This document shows, piece after piece, positions 1 through 10,272 of a stretch of 64,000 nucleotides of DNA (its first letter is position 1; every line of letters begins with the position of its first letter). A program made the translations under genes and the position numbers. The notes beneath the pieces were generated by a model that was given only the letters and a program-made list of their open reading frames with translations, was not told the origin of the DNA and did no database searches. The stretch is from Candidatus Doudnabacteria bacterium (lineage in GTDB: Bacteria; Patescibacteriota; Doudnabacteria; UBA920; O2-02-FULL-48-8), in the NCBI GenBank assembly GCA_016182875.1, contig JACPFQ010000010.1:1268-65267 (forward strand), read 5' to 3'.

Positions 1-11
1 TTTCATGCTTT

Positions 12-1025
12 TTAGGGTTGTCTTAAAATGTCCGCAGCGACTTCAGGGAGCACTGTATTTACATAAACGTCCGAACCGAGCTCAAACCCGCCCCAGACGT
101 TTAAACGGGGCAGAATCTCCAAATGCCAGTGATAACTCCGGTAATCGTAGCGGGTCAGGATTGAATGCGACACCGGCATGGTATGAATATAATAATTATA
201 AGCGGGATTGTCGAACTTGTTATAGAGTTTTTGCAAAGCCAGTTTCAAAACTTCGGCCAGTGATTTTCGCTTCTCGTCAGTCATGTCGATAAAACTGGCC
301 TGATGCGTCTTAGGAATGATGCGCATGGCGTAAGGAACCCTGGACGCAAATGGCGAAAATACCAGGAAATCCTTCTGGTCCAAAATAATGCGGTCCTTAT
401 CAGCCAATTCCTTCAGGATCATTTCGCAGTAAATGCAGGCGCCGTTCTGCATAAAATAAACGAAGCTTCCGGTGACTTCGTCGTGCAAATGTTCAGGCAC
501 GAACGGAGTGGCCGCGACCTGCGAATGCGGGTGAGCCAAACTAGCACCCCCGTCCCGCCCGTGATTTTGAAAAATATGAATGTACTGGACTTCAGGATGG
601 TTAGAAAGTTCAAGCATGCGGTCTTGGTAAACTTTCAAATTTAGATTCATCAAATCATCGTCCAAAAATCCGGTGAGGATATTGTGCGGCCGCGTGATGA
701 TAACCTCGTGATCACCCATCCCTTCGCGGACAATGTAAAAATCTGATTTCTCCCGCCCGCCCCGATGCCCCAGGGCTTCAAATTTGTTGGGGATGACGCG
801 GACTTGCCAGTCCCGGCCTTTTGGATAAGAAGCAATCTCTAGATTATACTCTTCATTTCCCGAGCAAAAAACGCAGGTTTTATCATGCGCGGGGAGTTTG
901 CCCGTGGCCGGCTTTCCGCCAAAGGCGGCACTACCTCCGGCGGAGAAGTCTTCGGGTCTCCCGCCGCGGTTGGGCGCAAACAGCACCCAATGTTTGGAAA
1001 CGATATCCTGGCGGAATTCACTCAT
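12..1025 (-). CDS. galT: Galactose-1-phosphate uridylyltransferase (GalT-like)
   Basis: CxFC motif, VRVIPNKF, GASLAHPHSQ catalytic HPH motif; start moved to MSEFRQD (ATG 1025). Confidence 0.88.
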   Translation of the reverse strand: MSEFRQDIVSKHWVLFAPNRGGRPEDFSAGGSAAFGGKPATGKLPAHDKTCVFCSGNEEYNLEIASYPKGRDWQVRVIPNKFEALGHRGGREKSDFYIVREGMGDHEVIITRPHNILTGFLDDDLMNLNLKVYQDRMLELSNHPEVQYIHIFQNHGRDGGASLAHPHSQVAATPFVPEHLHDEVTGSFVYFMQNGACIYCEMILKELADKDRIILDQKDFLVFSPFASRVPYAMRIIPKTHQASFIDMTDEKRKSLAEVLKLALQKLYNKFDNPAYNYYIHTMPVSHSILTRYDYRSYHWHLEILPRLNVWGGFELGSDVYVNTVLPEVAADILRQP

Positions 1026-1422
1026 GTCTATCCAAATAATTCTGCAGCAAAGTTTGCGCAGCAATATTATCTTTAATTTCTCGTTGGTTTTTTTGGGAGA
1101 CTCCCTGCTGCGTCAAGATTTTTTGTGCGGCCACTGAGCTTAGCCTTTCATCGAGCAGTTCAACTGGTTGTGAAGTTTCAGCTTTAAGCTTAATAATAAA
1201 TTCTTTTGCCTTTTCCGTGCTCGCGGTAGCCTGGCCCTTCAAGCCGGTGGGCAAGCCAATCAAAACTTTTTCTACCCCAAACTCGCCGGTTATCTTTTTA
1301 ATTTCCTCAACCGCGTTTTTTGTTTCAATAACCTTCTCAAAGGGAAATGCGATTTTTTGTTGTTCATCCGAAATCGCTGCCCCAATCCTCTTGCTGCCCC
1401 AATCTAAGGCAAGAATCCGCAT
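1018..1422 (-). CDS. ruvX: YqgF/RuvX family pre-16S rRNA nuclease
   Basis: MRILALDWGSKRIGAAISD, GLP and DERLSS motifs. Confidence 0.92.
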   Translation of the reverse strand: MRILALDWGSKRIGAAISDEQQKIAFPFEKVIETKNAVEEIKKITGEFGVEKVLIGLPTGLKGQATASTEKAKEFIIKLKAETSQPVELLDERLSSVAAQKILTQQGVSQKNQREIKDNIAAQTLLQNYLDRHE

Positions 1423-1423
1423 T

Positions 1424-2671
1424 TTATTTGCTCTCGCCCAGCGTGACGGTAATTTCCTTCTCTTGATCGCGGGTCAAAATTTTCATTTTCACGGTATCGC
1501 CGGGGTTATAATTTTTTAGCAATCCGGCCAGGCTGCGCTGCTGGGTAATTTTACTGCCGTTCAATTCCAAGATTATATCGTTCTCACGCAGCCCCGCTTT
1601 GTCCGCTGCAGACCCGGGAGTGACGGCTGGCTGGTTTGGACTGCCCCCGCTTACTATCAAAGCCCCATAGTCAACAGGCAGGTTATTTTCCTCTTTGAGC
1701 GCCTGGTTTATAAGCACGTACCTGATACCCAGGAAGGGTTTGATGATTTTTCCAAATTTCTTAAAGCTTTCTATGTCGCTCTTTAGATCGTTGACTGGTA
1801 TGGCAAATCCGACCAGCTGGCCCTGAGCGTCGATGGCGGTATTGAGTCCGATTACCGAACCGCCAATGTCCAGCAAGGGGCCTCCCGAATTGCCCCTATT
1901 TATCGCAGCGTCGGTTTGTATGACCCCTTCCAGCTGCTCCGAACCGATGGTGCTGCCGGAAGCGGTAATGGACCTGCCAATCCCGGAAACCACACCCGTG
2001 GTCACGGTGTTTTGGTACTGGCCCAAAGCGTTGCCAATTGCAATAACCTTCTGGCCGACTTCCAACTGGGACGAATCTCCTAAGGTTAAAGTCGAAAAAT
2101 TATTGCCTTCAATTTTGACGAGGGCGATATCATTGATGGGATCCAGTGACAGGACCTGTGCCTCATGTTTTTTGCCATCATTGGTCAAGACCGTATACGT
2201 AGCGGCGCTGTCCGCCACGACGTGCTTGTTAGTCACAATCAAACCATCTTCAGAAATGATAAAGCCGCTGCCCCCGCCGACTTCCTGGATATTCGGGGCA
2301 GAATTGCCTTGATTGCGGGAATTAAAGAACGGGTCAAAAAAGAACGGGCCAAAATCAAAAGGCGAGGAGCCGTAGCCGGGAAGCTTGTTGAGGTCTTTGG
2401 AAATAATGATGGAGACCACGGCGGGGCTGGCTTTCTTCACGACTTCGACGATTGCCGAGTCTTCGTTCACTTGAATTGTCCGGATGTCGGAAATAGTCGT
2501 ACTGCCGTCTTCCTTTTTATAAAACGGCAGTATATAGCGGTCAGAAACTACGGACCCGGCCATTCCAAATAAAAAACTCAACAATACGACAGTTGAGATT
2601 AGCTTGCTGTCCGGCTTTTGTGAATCTTTAGGTAAATCTGAAGTCAAACTTTTATTTTTTTGCTCGATCAT
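1424..2671 (-). CDS. htrA: HtrA/DegP-like serine protease with PDZ domain
   Basis: N-terminal TM, TNKHVV, DIALVKI, IQTDAAINRGNSGGPL, C-terminal PDZ. Confidence 0.93.
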   Translation of the reverse strand: MIEQKNKSLTSDLPKDSQKPDSKLISTVVLLSFLFGMAGSVVSDRYILPFYKKEDGSTTISDIRTIQVNEDSAIVEVVKKASPAVVSIIISKDLNKLPGYGSSPFDFGPFFFDPFFNSRNQGNSAPNIQEVGGGSGFIISEDGLIVTNKHVVADSAATYTVLTNDGKKHEAQVLSLDPINDIALVKIEGNNFSTLTLGDSSQLEVGQKVIAIGNALGQYQNTVTTGVVSGIGRSITASGSTIGSEQLEGVIQTDAAINRGNSGGPLLDIGGSVIGLNTAIDAQGQLVGFAIPVNDLKSDIESFKKFGKIIKPFLGIRYVLINQALKEENNLPVDYGALIVSGGSPNQPAVTPGSAADKAGLRENDIILELNGSKITQQRSLAGLLKNYNPGDTVKMKILTRDQEKEITVTLGESK

Positions 2672-2700
2672 AGTTCTAAAGTTTCTATATTATACCATAA

Positions 2701-2808
2701 GCGAGGCATAGTTGCAAAACTAGCTTGCGCAGCGCGACGGCGCGAGCACGCAGGCCGCAAAATCAGCAGATTTTGACGGCCGGTAGTTTTGCAATCTGTG
2801 CCGAGCGA
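2701..2808. repeat. Structured 110-130 bp element, copy 1 of 3
   Basis: Aligns by eye with 16018-16146 and 17221-17345; nested inverted repeats. Confidence 0.85.
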
Positions 2809-3573
2809 CTAAATATTGGTAAAAATCTCGCATCCTTTGTCCGTAACAATCACGGTGTGTTCGAAATGAGCGGAATACCCGCCATCAGCGGTCTTTACGG
2901 TCCAACCATCTTTATCAAATATTACTTTCCAACCGCCTTCGTTGACCATTGGCTCGATGGCCAAAACCATACCCAAAACCAGCTGGGGGCCGGTTTTGGG
3001 TTTTCCAAAACAGGGAATTTCAGGATCCTCATGGACACTCTTGCCGACCCCGTGCCCGACCAGCTCTCTAACGACGCTAAAGCCCTGCTGTTTCGCTGTG
3101 GATTCGATAGCGTGCCCGATGTCGCCGATGAAATTGCCGAGAGATACAACTTTTAGCGCGTTATTCAAGCAATTTCTGGCGGTGTTTATGAGGTTCAAAT
3201 ATTTGGCTTCCACCCTTCCTACTGGAACTGTAATCGCGGCATCAGTGAAGTAATTTTCAAAATTCACTCCCAAATCCAACCCAACAATATCGCCTTCTTT
3301 AAAGATTTTATCCTCGCGGGGAATGCCGTGGACCACTTCGTTATTGATAGAAACGCAAAGACTGGCCGGGAAAGCAGTTCCCTGCGGATGCGATTTGTAA
3401 TTTTTGAATGAGGGAACGGCCCCTCTCTTGAGAATTTCTTGCCTGGCAAGCTTATCAAGCTCTGCGGCAGAAATACCCGGCTTAACTTTGCCTGCAACCA
3501 ATTGCAAGACTTCCGCCAGGACCTTTCCCGATGTCCGTAAAAGTTTAATCTCTCCGGGATCGCTTGTAATCAT
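2809..3573 (-). CDS. map: Methionine aminopeptidase type I
   Basis: CVSINNEVVHGIP, GHGVG, AIEPM, SAHFEHT. Confidence 0.96.
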   Translation of the reverse strand: MITSDPGEIKLLRTSGKVLAEVLQLVAGKVKPGISAAELDKLARQEILKRGAVPSFKNYKSHPQGTAFPASLCVSINNEVVHGIPREDKIFKEGDIVGLDLGVNFENYFTDAAITVPVGRVEAKYLNLINTARNCLNNALKVVSLGNFIGDIGHAIESTAKQQGFSVVRELVGHGVGKSVHEDPEIPCFGKPKTGPQLVLGMVLAIEPMVNEGGWKVIFDKDGWTVKTADGGYSAHFEHTVIVTDKGCEIFTNI

Positions 3574-4108
3574 GCAGTACCTTTTCTATATCAGAATGAA
3601 CTTTATTAATGCTTTGGTTGGCTTTGGCAAATTTAATCTTTTTGAGCTTTTTGTAAAATCTAACCGTGCCGCTGACTTTATTTTTATAATAAGCGATTCG
3701 GCTGTTTATGAGTTTCAGTTCGACATCCTCCAAACGTTCAGCTCTTCTTTTTGAACGTTTAATAATCTCTTTCTTGGGAAGCTTAAGGTAAACGACAAAA
3801 AAATCACGCTGCCGTTTTTTCAATTGTCTTACCAGATACTCCGCTTCGTGTCTCAGCCTGGCGGCTCCGACAAAAATCACATTTCTATGCCAGCCTAAAT
3901 GTTTCAAACTATGATTCAAAAAATGAATTACTAAATTAGAGGGAGCTGGTTGTCCGTGCCGATATTTATACCCCTTTAATTTCCTTAGGTATTCTCCTGT
4001 ACGCGCCAGCCTGACATTATATTTTTTAGCCAGCAGCAAGGCATGCGTGTCTTTGCCCGAAGCCGTGTCTCCTAACAGAATCAAGTCGAATCCTAAACGC
4101 TTTTTCAT
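3545..4108 (-). CDS. Divergent adenylate/nucleoside monophosphate kinase-like protein
   Basis: P-loop GDTASGKDT, TGEYLR, C-terminus resembling adk. Confidence 0.7.
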   Translation of the reverse strand: MKKRLGFDLILLGDTASGKDTHALLLAKKYNVRLARTGEYLRKLKGYKYRHGQPAPSNLVIHFLNHSLKHLGWHRNVIFVGAARLRHEAEYLVRQLKKRQRDFFVVYLKLPKKEIIKRSKRRAERLEDVELKLINSRIAYYKNKVSGTVRFYKKLKKIKFAKANQSINKVHSDIEKVLHDYKRSRRD

Positions 4109-4674
4109 AGTCCCAATTTATTTATAATTTCGCTATGCACTTCCTCAATTGGCCGGTCGCCGTTAATCTGAACCAATTCACCCAACTTCTCGTAGTGGTC
4201 CTTAACCGGCGCTGTTTTGTTGATGTACTCTTCAAATCTTTTTTCAATCACAGATGGATCGTCGTCTGCCCGCCCTTCGCCTCTTTTAATCACCCTATCC
4301 AAAAGCTTCTGCTTATCAACTTCCAGAAATAAGGCCCTTACTTTGGGGTTCCCCAATTCTTTGAACAAGCCTCCCAAAATTTTGACTTGTCCCACGGTTC
4401 GAGGGAACCCATCGAGGATAAGCCCTTCGATGGAATTCATGAGTCCAATCTTTTGCCGAAAAATTTCTGTCATCATTTCATCTGGGATGATAATGCCCCG
4501 GTGTATGTAACTTGCAATCTCCTTGCCCAGCGGAGTGTGCTGTTTCGCAATTTCACGGAGCAAAGCGCCGGTGCTGAAATAAGTATAACCCAATTTCTCG
4601 CCAAGCAATTTGCTTTGCGTCCCCTTGCCGCTTCCCGGCGGGCCCATAATAACAATGATATTTTTCACTTGCAT
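4105..4674 (-). CDS. adk: Adenylate kinase (short, no large LID)
   Basis: GPPGSGKGTQ, LILDGFPRT, RADD. Confidence 0.92.
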   Translation of the reverse strand: MQVKNIIVIMGPPGSGKGTQSKLLGEKLGYTYFSTGALLREIAKQHTPLGKEIASYIHRGIIIPDEMMTEIFRQKIGLMNSIEGLILDGFPRTVGQVKILGGLFKELGNPKVRALFLEVDKQKLLDRVIKRGEGRADDDPSVIEKRFEEYINKTAPVKDHYEKLGELVQINGDRPIEEVHSEIINKLGL

Positions 4675-4744
4675 GATTATATTTTAGCATAAAAAACGGC
4701 TGGGATTCTAAATCGCAAGATTTAAGAACCCCAAGCCGATACGA

Positions 4745-5380
4745 TCAGAGACGCCGGGCTGCCCGTCGGATAGCGTCCGCGTCTGCCTCAAGCAGGAACT
4801 TGACCACTGTTTCGGACAGATGTTTGAGCATATCCGGCCGGACGTAGTGCGGCAATTCTCGGTCCACGACATTGATTCTACCAAAACTAATCCGACTGAC
4901 TACTATCGGCAGCACTTCAGCCTGCCAGTTGCTTTGAGAGCCGCCTAAGTTCACCGCTTCGTAGTAACCTCCTTCCGTGAGCCAAAGAATTCGCAACCAA
5001 GCTTGAGAGTGAGGATCGAAGCCAAAAAAATTTTTTCCGCTCTTGAGCTCCATTTTCATTTTCGTCGACTCATACTGAATCGAGTAGCCCCAAACGGTGG
5101 CTTTTCCTTCCACCCAGGCGAAAACGAGACGGTCACCTACTCGCGGCTTCGGAAGCACTTTTCCAGATTCTGGACGGCGAAACTTGGGTATTTCATCGCC
5201 GATTGGAAACACATTCGGATCGTCATAATCGGGACCGATAAACATCCCTTCTCCAAGTGCATAGTAACTTCGGTTGACGTTCCCAGTGTAAACAGATGAC
5301 GCTCCGGAGTCGACGATTCCCTCCAGCACATCAAACTCTCTCGTAGGATCGCTATAGGTACACATCCTGCCTTTGATCAT
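4745..5380 (-). CDS. Hypothetical protein
   Basis: Open frame; ATG 5380 preceded by GAGGAGG; no family recognised. Confidence 0.65.
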   Translation of the reverse strand: MIKGRMCTYSDPTREFDVLEGIVDSGASSVYTGNVNRSYYALGEGMFIGPDYDDPNVFPIGDEIPKFRRPESGKVLPKPRVGDRLVFAWVEGKATVWGYSIQYESTKMKMELKSGKNFFGFDPHSQAWLRILWLTEGGYYEAVNLGGSQSNWQAEVLPIVVSRISFGRINVVDRELPHYVRPDMLKHLSETVVKFLLEADADAIRRAARRL

Positions 5381-5402
5381 TTCTTCCTCCTCTGCTCGCA
5401 AC

Positions 5403-5578
5403 AAAAAAACGCCTACCGTCATGGAGGCGCTTTGCTGCGAATCGGACAACCTAGCTTGTCATGCCGACGGCGCAAAAAGCTCCACAACGGATGTTGGGTC
5501 TTTTTGCTGTTGAGTCCTGGTTTTCTTGATATTATCCAGCATAACCAAAGATTATATGCTTTTTGACAACATTGTCAA
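5403..5578 (-). promoter_or_regulatory. Promoter, 27-codon leader ORF and intrinsic terminator (attenuator-like)
   Basis: TTGACA-16-TATAAT 5578-5551; leader ORF 5542-5459; hairpin GCGCCT...AGGCGT plus T-run 5433-5403. Confidence 0.55.
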
Positions 5579-5633
5579 GAGAGAGTTCGAAATAAAAATC
5601 GATATTTACTATCACGATAGTATTTGTTTAAAC

Positions 5634-5659
5634 AAAAAACACCTACAGTCCGGTGTTTT
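5634..5659 (-). terminator. Probable intrinsic terminator after secY
   Basis: AAAACACC...GGTGTTTT hairpin with T-run. Confidence 0.5.
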
Positions 5660-5671
5660 AATTCGCAGAGA

Positions 5672-6970
5672 TTAAAAGTTCTCGTAGTCGCGCATGACCA
5701 TCTGGGCTTCGACTTGCTTCATGACTTCGATGACGACCGCGACCACGATCAAAATGCTCGTGCCGCCAAGGGTTAGAGCCTGGGTATTCGTGAAGCTCTG
5801 GACAATGTATGGCAGAACCGCGATTAGACCTAGGAAAATCGCGCCAGCCAAGGTAATCCGGTTCAATACCTTATATAGAAACTCCGCAGTTTGGCGGCCG
5901 GGCCTCAAGCCCGGCACGAACCCGCCCTGCTTCTGGATGTTTTCCGCTATCTCATCGGGATTGAATACGATTGCGGTGTAAAAGTAGGTGAAAGCCACGA
6001 CCAAAAGGAAGTACATAATACCGTAGTATGTTTGGTTCTGGAAAAAGTCGTTAATCGCTCTGGAAGCATCGGCAATGGCGGCGGTTTTGGAAGCCGAGAA
6101 AAAGTTGGCGATCAGGCCTGGGAAAAGCAAAATCGAAATGGCAAAAATTATAGGGATGACGCCGGCTTGGTTGACCCGAAGCGGCAGATGAGTGTTGACC
6201 CCGCCATAAAGCTTGTTGCCCCGCACCCGCTTGGCATACGAAACAGGAATGTTTCTTTGAGCTTCGGTTATTGCAACTATAGCCGCAATCACCAAAACCG
6301 CCACCGCCAAAAAAGCGAGTCCAGTCACCAAACCAGCTCCGGACAAGCCGCCCGTAGAAGTGGTTAAATTTACATAAGCCTGCTGGGCCAGGACCGGAAG
6401 CTGGGCGACAATACCGGCAAAGATAATTAAGGAAATACCGTTGCCAACCTTATACTCGCTAATAATTTCACCCAGCCACATAAGAAGCATGGTTCCCGCA
6501 GTCACCGAAAGCAGGGTCACGAACCATTGGAAAACGGTGAAATCTGAAATGACGTTCGAACCGCTGGTGCGAGCCAGCAAGATAATCGTTCCGTACGCCT
6601 GGATGACCGTAAGCGGCACAGTCATCAACCTTGTATATTGGTTGATTTTGGCCCTTCCGGCTTCACCGCCTTCTTTTTGCAGCTCGCCAAGCTTCGGAAT
6701 GATGATAGTCAGAAGCTGCATAATAATGGAAGCAGTAATGTAAGGGCCAACCCCAAGCATGGCTACCGAAAAATTGCTCAAACCGCCGCCTGAAAATATG
6801 TTGAACAAGCCGAACAGTTGATTGGAGCTAAGCAGTGAACGCAAATTACCAAGCTCAATCCCCGGAATCGGAATGTTGGCCAGGATTCTGGTTCCCACCA
6901 AAAGCAGAGCAATAATAATTATCTTATTGCGCAAGTCCTTAGTTTTCCAGATTTGTATTATTTTAGACAT
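5672..6970 (-). CDS. secY: Preprotein translocase SecY
   Basis: LGVGPYITASII, GNGISLII, GVIPIIFA, PGLRPG. Confidence 0.98.
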   Translation of the reverse strand: MSKIIQIWKTKDLRNKIIIIALLLVGTRILANIPIPGIELGNLRSLLSSNQLFGLFNIFSGGGLSNFSVAMLGVGPYITASIIMQLLTIIIPKLGELQKEGGEAGRAKINQYTRLMTVPLTVIQAYGTIILLARTSGSNVISDFTVFQWFVTLLSVTAGTMLLMWLGEIISEYKVGNGISLIIFAGIVAQLPVLAQQAYVNLTTSTGGLSGAGLVTGLAFLAVAVLVIAAIVAITEAQRNIPVSYAKRVRGNKLYGGVNTHLPLRVNQAGVIPIIFAISILLFPGLIANFFSASKTAAIADASRAINDFFQNQTYYGIMYFLLVVAFTYFYTAIVFNPDEIAENIQKQGGFVPGLRPGRQTAEFLYKVLNRITLAGAIFLGLIAVLPYIVQSFTNTQALTLGGTSILIVVAVVIEVMKQVEAQMVMRDYENF

Positions 6971-7053
6971 AACGCTTTATTATAATCCACTAGCTGACAC
7001 TAATACTAGACGAATGGACTACGAACTTAGTGTTTCTTAGTTTAATATTAGTG

Positions 7054-7500
7054 CTATTCGTGGTTTACTCGACCGCCGGCTTTCTCAATTTTCTCAAGGG
7101 CGGTTTTGGAAACAGCGATTTTCTCAAAGGTTAAGGCCTTGGTCAGCTTGCCGTCTCCCAGGATTTTGACCCTCGCCGCAGGATATTTAACCAGCCCCTT
7201 ATTGATCAACACTTTGCGATTGACTACTTCCCCGGGCTTAAAATTACTTTCAATCCTGTCCAAGTTCAAAACCTCGACCTTGGGGTTAAGGCTCTTAAAC
7301 CCCCGCTTTTTGGGAAGCTGGCGGTGCAGCGGCATTCTTCCGCCTTCAAATCCCAAACGAATCGAGGACCCGGCGCGGGCCTTCTGCCCTTTAGCGCCGC
7401 GTCCGGAAAATGTGCCGCGTCCGGAGCCAACCCCCCGGCCTACCACCTTGCGGCGATGAGTCGAGCCCTTTTTTGGCTTTAATTCAGAAAGTTTAAGCAT
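7054..7500 (-). CDS. rplO: 50S ribosomal protein L15
   Basis: GRGVGSGRG, GFEGGRMPLHRQLPKKRGF. Confidence 0.97.
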   Translation of the reverse strand: MLKLSELKPKKGSTHRRKVVGRGVGSGRGTFSGRGAKGQKARAGSSIRLGFEGGRMPLHRQLPKKRGFKSLNPKVEVLNLDRIESNFKPGEVVNRKVLINKGLVKYPAARVKILGDGKLTKALTFEKIAVSKTALEKIEKAGGRVNHE

Positions 7501-7503
7501 AGT

Positions 7504-8010
7504 TTAGGCCGCTTTCTCCGGGCTTCGGACAGATGCGCTTTCGCTGGCGCGCATTTTGGAAAGCGCCAAATAAGTCGCCATGACGTTGTTAATTTTATTG
7601 GATGAACCAATCATCTTCGATAGAACGTTCTTGACCCCAACCAAATCCAAGACCTGGCGAATCGCGCCGCCGGCAATTATCCCGGTACCCGGCTGGGCCG
7701 GCTTCAAAAAGACTACCGATGATTTATATTTCAGCTTGATTTCGTGGGGAATGGTGTCCTTAATGATATTCACCGAAATCATGCTTTTTTTAGCGGCGGT
7801 GACGGCCTTGTTCACAGCCTCGGAAACATCCGCTCCTTTTCGTAAGCCTATCCCGACCTTGCCCTTTCTGTCGCCAATCACGACCAATGCGCGAAACCGC
7901 ATGCGCTTGCCGCCGGCCACGACCCTGGTCACGCGCTTGACTTCCACGACCTTTTGGTCGAAATCCCGCTTGATTTGCTCAAATTGTCTACTACTTCTCT
8001 GTCTTATCAT
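7504..8010 (-). CDS. rpsE: 30S ribosomal protein S5
   Basis: RVTRVVAGGKRMRFRALVVIGD, GTGIIAGG. Confidence 0.97.
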   Translation of the reverse strand: MIRQRSSRQFEQIKRDFDQKVVEVKRVTRVVAGGKRMRFRALVVIGDRKGKVGIGLRKGADVSEAVNKAVTAAKKSMISVNIIKDTIPHEIKLKYKSSVVFLKPAQPGTGIIAGGAIRQVLDLVGVKNVLSKMIGSSNKINNVMATYLALSKMRASESASVRSPEKAA

Positions 8011-8130
8011 AAGTGTGATGCTAATTTGCTAATGTTATGCTAATCTGGCGAATTGCTAATGGCCTAACGCTAAGAATCAGCTTATTCGCAATTTGTAAAT
8101 TGGCATTAGATTCGTAGATTCGCATCATAT

Positions 8131-8472
8131 CTAGAATGTTAATCCTGCCGAGCGCGCGGCTTCAGCCAGGCTCTTGACCCGGCCATGGTATTTGTATCCG
8201 GCCCGGTCAAATGTCACCTGCTTAATGCCAGCCTCCAACGCTTTGGCGGCAATTAATTTACCAACCTCTGCGGCAATGTCATTTTTCTTGCCTTGCCTCT
8301 TTACATCCTTGCTGGAGGCAGCAACCAAGGTTCGCCCCAGTTCATCGTCGATCAACTGGGCGTAAATCGATTTCAGCGAGCGAAAGACATTCAAGCGGGG
8401 TTTTGCTGCAGTCCCCGAAACCTTGGCTCGAACCCTGTGCTGTCTGAGTTTTCTTTGCTTATGCTTGTTCAT
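8131..8472 (-). CDS. rplR: 50S ribosomal protein L18
   Basis: [20 protein letters not shown]. Confidence 0.97.
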   Translation of the reverse strand: MNKHKQRKLRQHRVRAKVSGTAAKPRLNVFRSLKSIYAQLIDDELGRTLVAASSKDVKRQGKKNDIAAEVGKLIAAKALEAGIKQVTFDRAGYKYHGRVKSLAEAARSAGLTF

Positions 8473-8510
8473 GTTTAGAAATTAGATATTAGAAATTAGA
8501 AATTTTGGAA

Positions 8511-9065
8511 CTACTTCCCTCCACCTACAGCCTTAACAACCTTACCTGCCTTTCTGCGAATAATCTCATCAGCGTACTTGATGCCCTTGCCTTTATACGG
8601 TTCCGGCGGTCTCAATCCGCGGACAACGGCCGCAAACTGCCCAACAGCTTGTTTGTCGGCGCCAGTTAGGGTAATGATATTCTTTTCTACTTTGGCTTCA
8701 AGTCCGGAAGGAACCGCAAGCTCAATCGGATGCGAATAGCCCAAATTTAATACCATTTTTTTTCCCGAAACCGCGGCTTTATATCCGACACCGTTTACTT
8801 CCAGACTTTTGGCAAACCCCGAAGTCACTCCTGTCACCATATTGTTTATAAGCGAGCGGAACAAGCCCCAAAGCGCTTTTTCCTGCTTGGATTGCTTATC
8901 GCTGATATCAACTGACAACTCGGAGTTCTGCATGATTAATTTGATTTTAGGATGCAAAGGTAAATTCAGCTCCCCCTTGGGACCTTTAATCTTCAAGGTG
9001 TCAGGTTTCAAGTCGACGGTAACCCCTGACGGTATTAAAATTGGTTTTTTGCCTATCCTTGACAT
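8511..9065 (-). CDS. rplF: 50S ribosomal protein L6
   Basis: MSRIGKKP start, PEPYKGKGI. Confidence 0.97.
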   Translation of the reverse strand: MSRIGKKPILIPSGVTVDLKPDTLKIKGPKGELNLPLHPKIKLIMQNSELSVDISDKQSKQEKALWGLFRSLINNMVTGVTSGFAKSLEVNGVGYKAAVSGKKMVLNLGYSHPIELAVPSGLEAKVEKNIITLTGADKQAVGQFAAVVRGLRPPEPYKGKGIKYADEIIRRKAGKVVKAVGGGK

Positions 9066-9069
9066 AGTT

Positions 9070-9462
9070 TTACCATACCTGGCAGATAATTTCTCCCCCA
9101 ATTTTTTCTTTGCGTGCCGAAGAATCGGTCATCACTCCCTTGGACGTTGAGACAATGACCGTACCCATGCCGCCTAAGACTCTTGGCAAATCAGAATTTT
9201 TCCGATAGATGCGCTGGCCCGGCTTGCTGACCCGCGAAATTCCCGAAAGCGCCGGCTCGCCCTCTTGATTGTATTTCAATTCAATCAGCAGGGATTTAAA
9301 TTTAGTGTCATCTTTTACCTGAAAATTCTTTATCCAGCCATTATCGGCCAAGACCTTGGACAAACTGTGTTTGAATTTGGAATAAGGAACCACAACCTCG
9401 GCTTTCCGAGCGCTGTAGGCGTTTCTTATTCTGGTTAGCATATCTGATATAGGGTCTGTCAT
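9070..9462 (-). CDS. rpsH: 30S ribosomal protein S8
   Basis: MTDPISDMLTRIRNA, SKPGQRIY, STSKGVM. Confidence 0.97.
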   Translation of the reverse strand: MTDPISDMLTRIRNAYSARKAEVVVPYSKFKHSLSKVLADNGWIKNFQVKDDTKFKSLLIELKYNQEGEPALSGISRVSKPGQRIYRKNSDLPRVLGGMGTVIVSTSKGVMTDSSARKEKIGGEIICQVW

Positions 9463-9466
9463 ATAT

Positions 9467-9661
9467 TTACCATGAGGACTTAACCACGCCGGGAATCTCA
9501 CCGTTGCTGGCCAGTTCGCGGAAACAAATCCTGCATAAATCGAAATCACGCATATACCCGTGCTTCCGGCCGCAGCGCCAGCATCGCCGAACTACGCGAG
9601 TGGAGTATTTCGGTTTTGTTCGAGAACGCAGTGATTTTATGTATTGTGCTTTAGTGGCCAT
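9467..9661 (-). CDS. rpsN: 30S ribosomal protein S14, zinc-binding type Z
   Basis: RCWRCGR...LCRICFRE. Confidence 0.96.
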   Translation of the reverse strand: MATKAQYIKSLRSRTKPKYSTRVVRRCWRCGRKHGYMRDFDLCRICFRELASNGEIPGVVKSSW

Positions 9662-9713
9662 ATTAGTTGAAAGTTGCAGGTTTAGGTTAACCTTAATCCT
9701 TAATCTTAAATCC

Positions 9714-10253
9714 TTAATCCTCACGAAACGGAAAGCCTAATGATTTAAGCAGAGCTAGGGCTTTCTTGTCGTCCCCGGCATTCGTCTGGATGTTCACTTC
9801 CAGTCCAAAAGTGTACTCAATATGCTCCCTGAGAGTTTCGGGAAATACTATCTGTTCCCGGAAGCCGATGCTGTAATTCCCCTTGCCATCGAAGCTGTCG
9901 GGGCTTAAACCCTTAAAATCCCGCACGCGGGGCAGGGCGACCTTGATTAACTTCTCCAAAAAATCATACATTCTGGCTCCCCTCAGCGTCACCATCAATC
10001 CCACGACCTGATTCTCCCTTATTTTAAATCCGGCGACAGATTTTTTGGCCAAGGTTTTTACAGGGAGCTGTCCCGTTATTCTTTTGAGGTCCTCGATAAC
10101 GGCATCCAAAAATTTGGGGTCCTTGAGAGTCTTTCCAACGCCGACATTGACAACTACCTTCTCGATTCTCGGCACTGCCATATCATTATCAAGACTGAAT
10201 GCTTTTCGCAAGCCAGGTACGGTTTTTTCTTTGTATACTGTTTTAAAACTCAT
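9714..10253 (-). CDS. rplE: 50S ribosomal protein L5
   Basis: [21 protein letters not shown]. Confidence 0.97.
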   Translation of the reverse strand: MSFKTVYKEKTVPGLRKAFSLDNDMAVPRIEKVVVNVGVGKTLKDPKFLDAVIEDLKRITGQLPVKTLAKKSVAGFKIRENQVVGLMVTLRGARMYDFLEKLIKVALPRVRDFKGLSPDSFDGKGNYSIGFREQIVFPETLREHIEYTFGLEVNIQTNAGDDKKALALLKSLGFPFRED

Positions 10254-10272
10254 TGTTAAAAGTTAATAGTTA

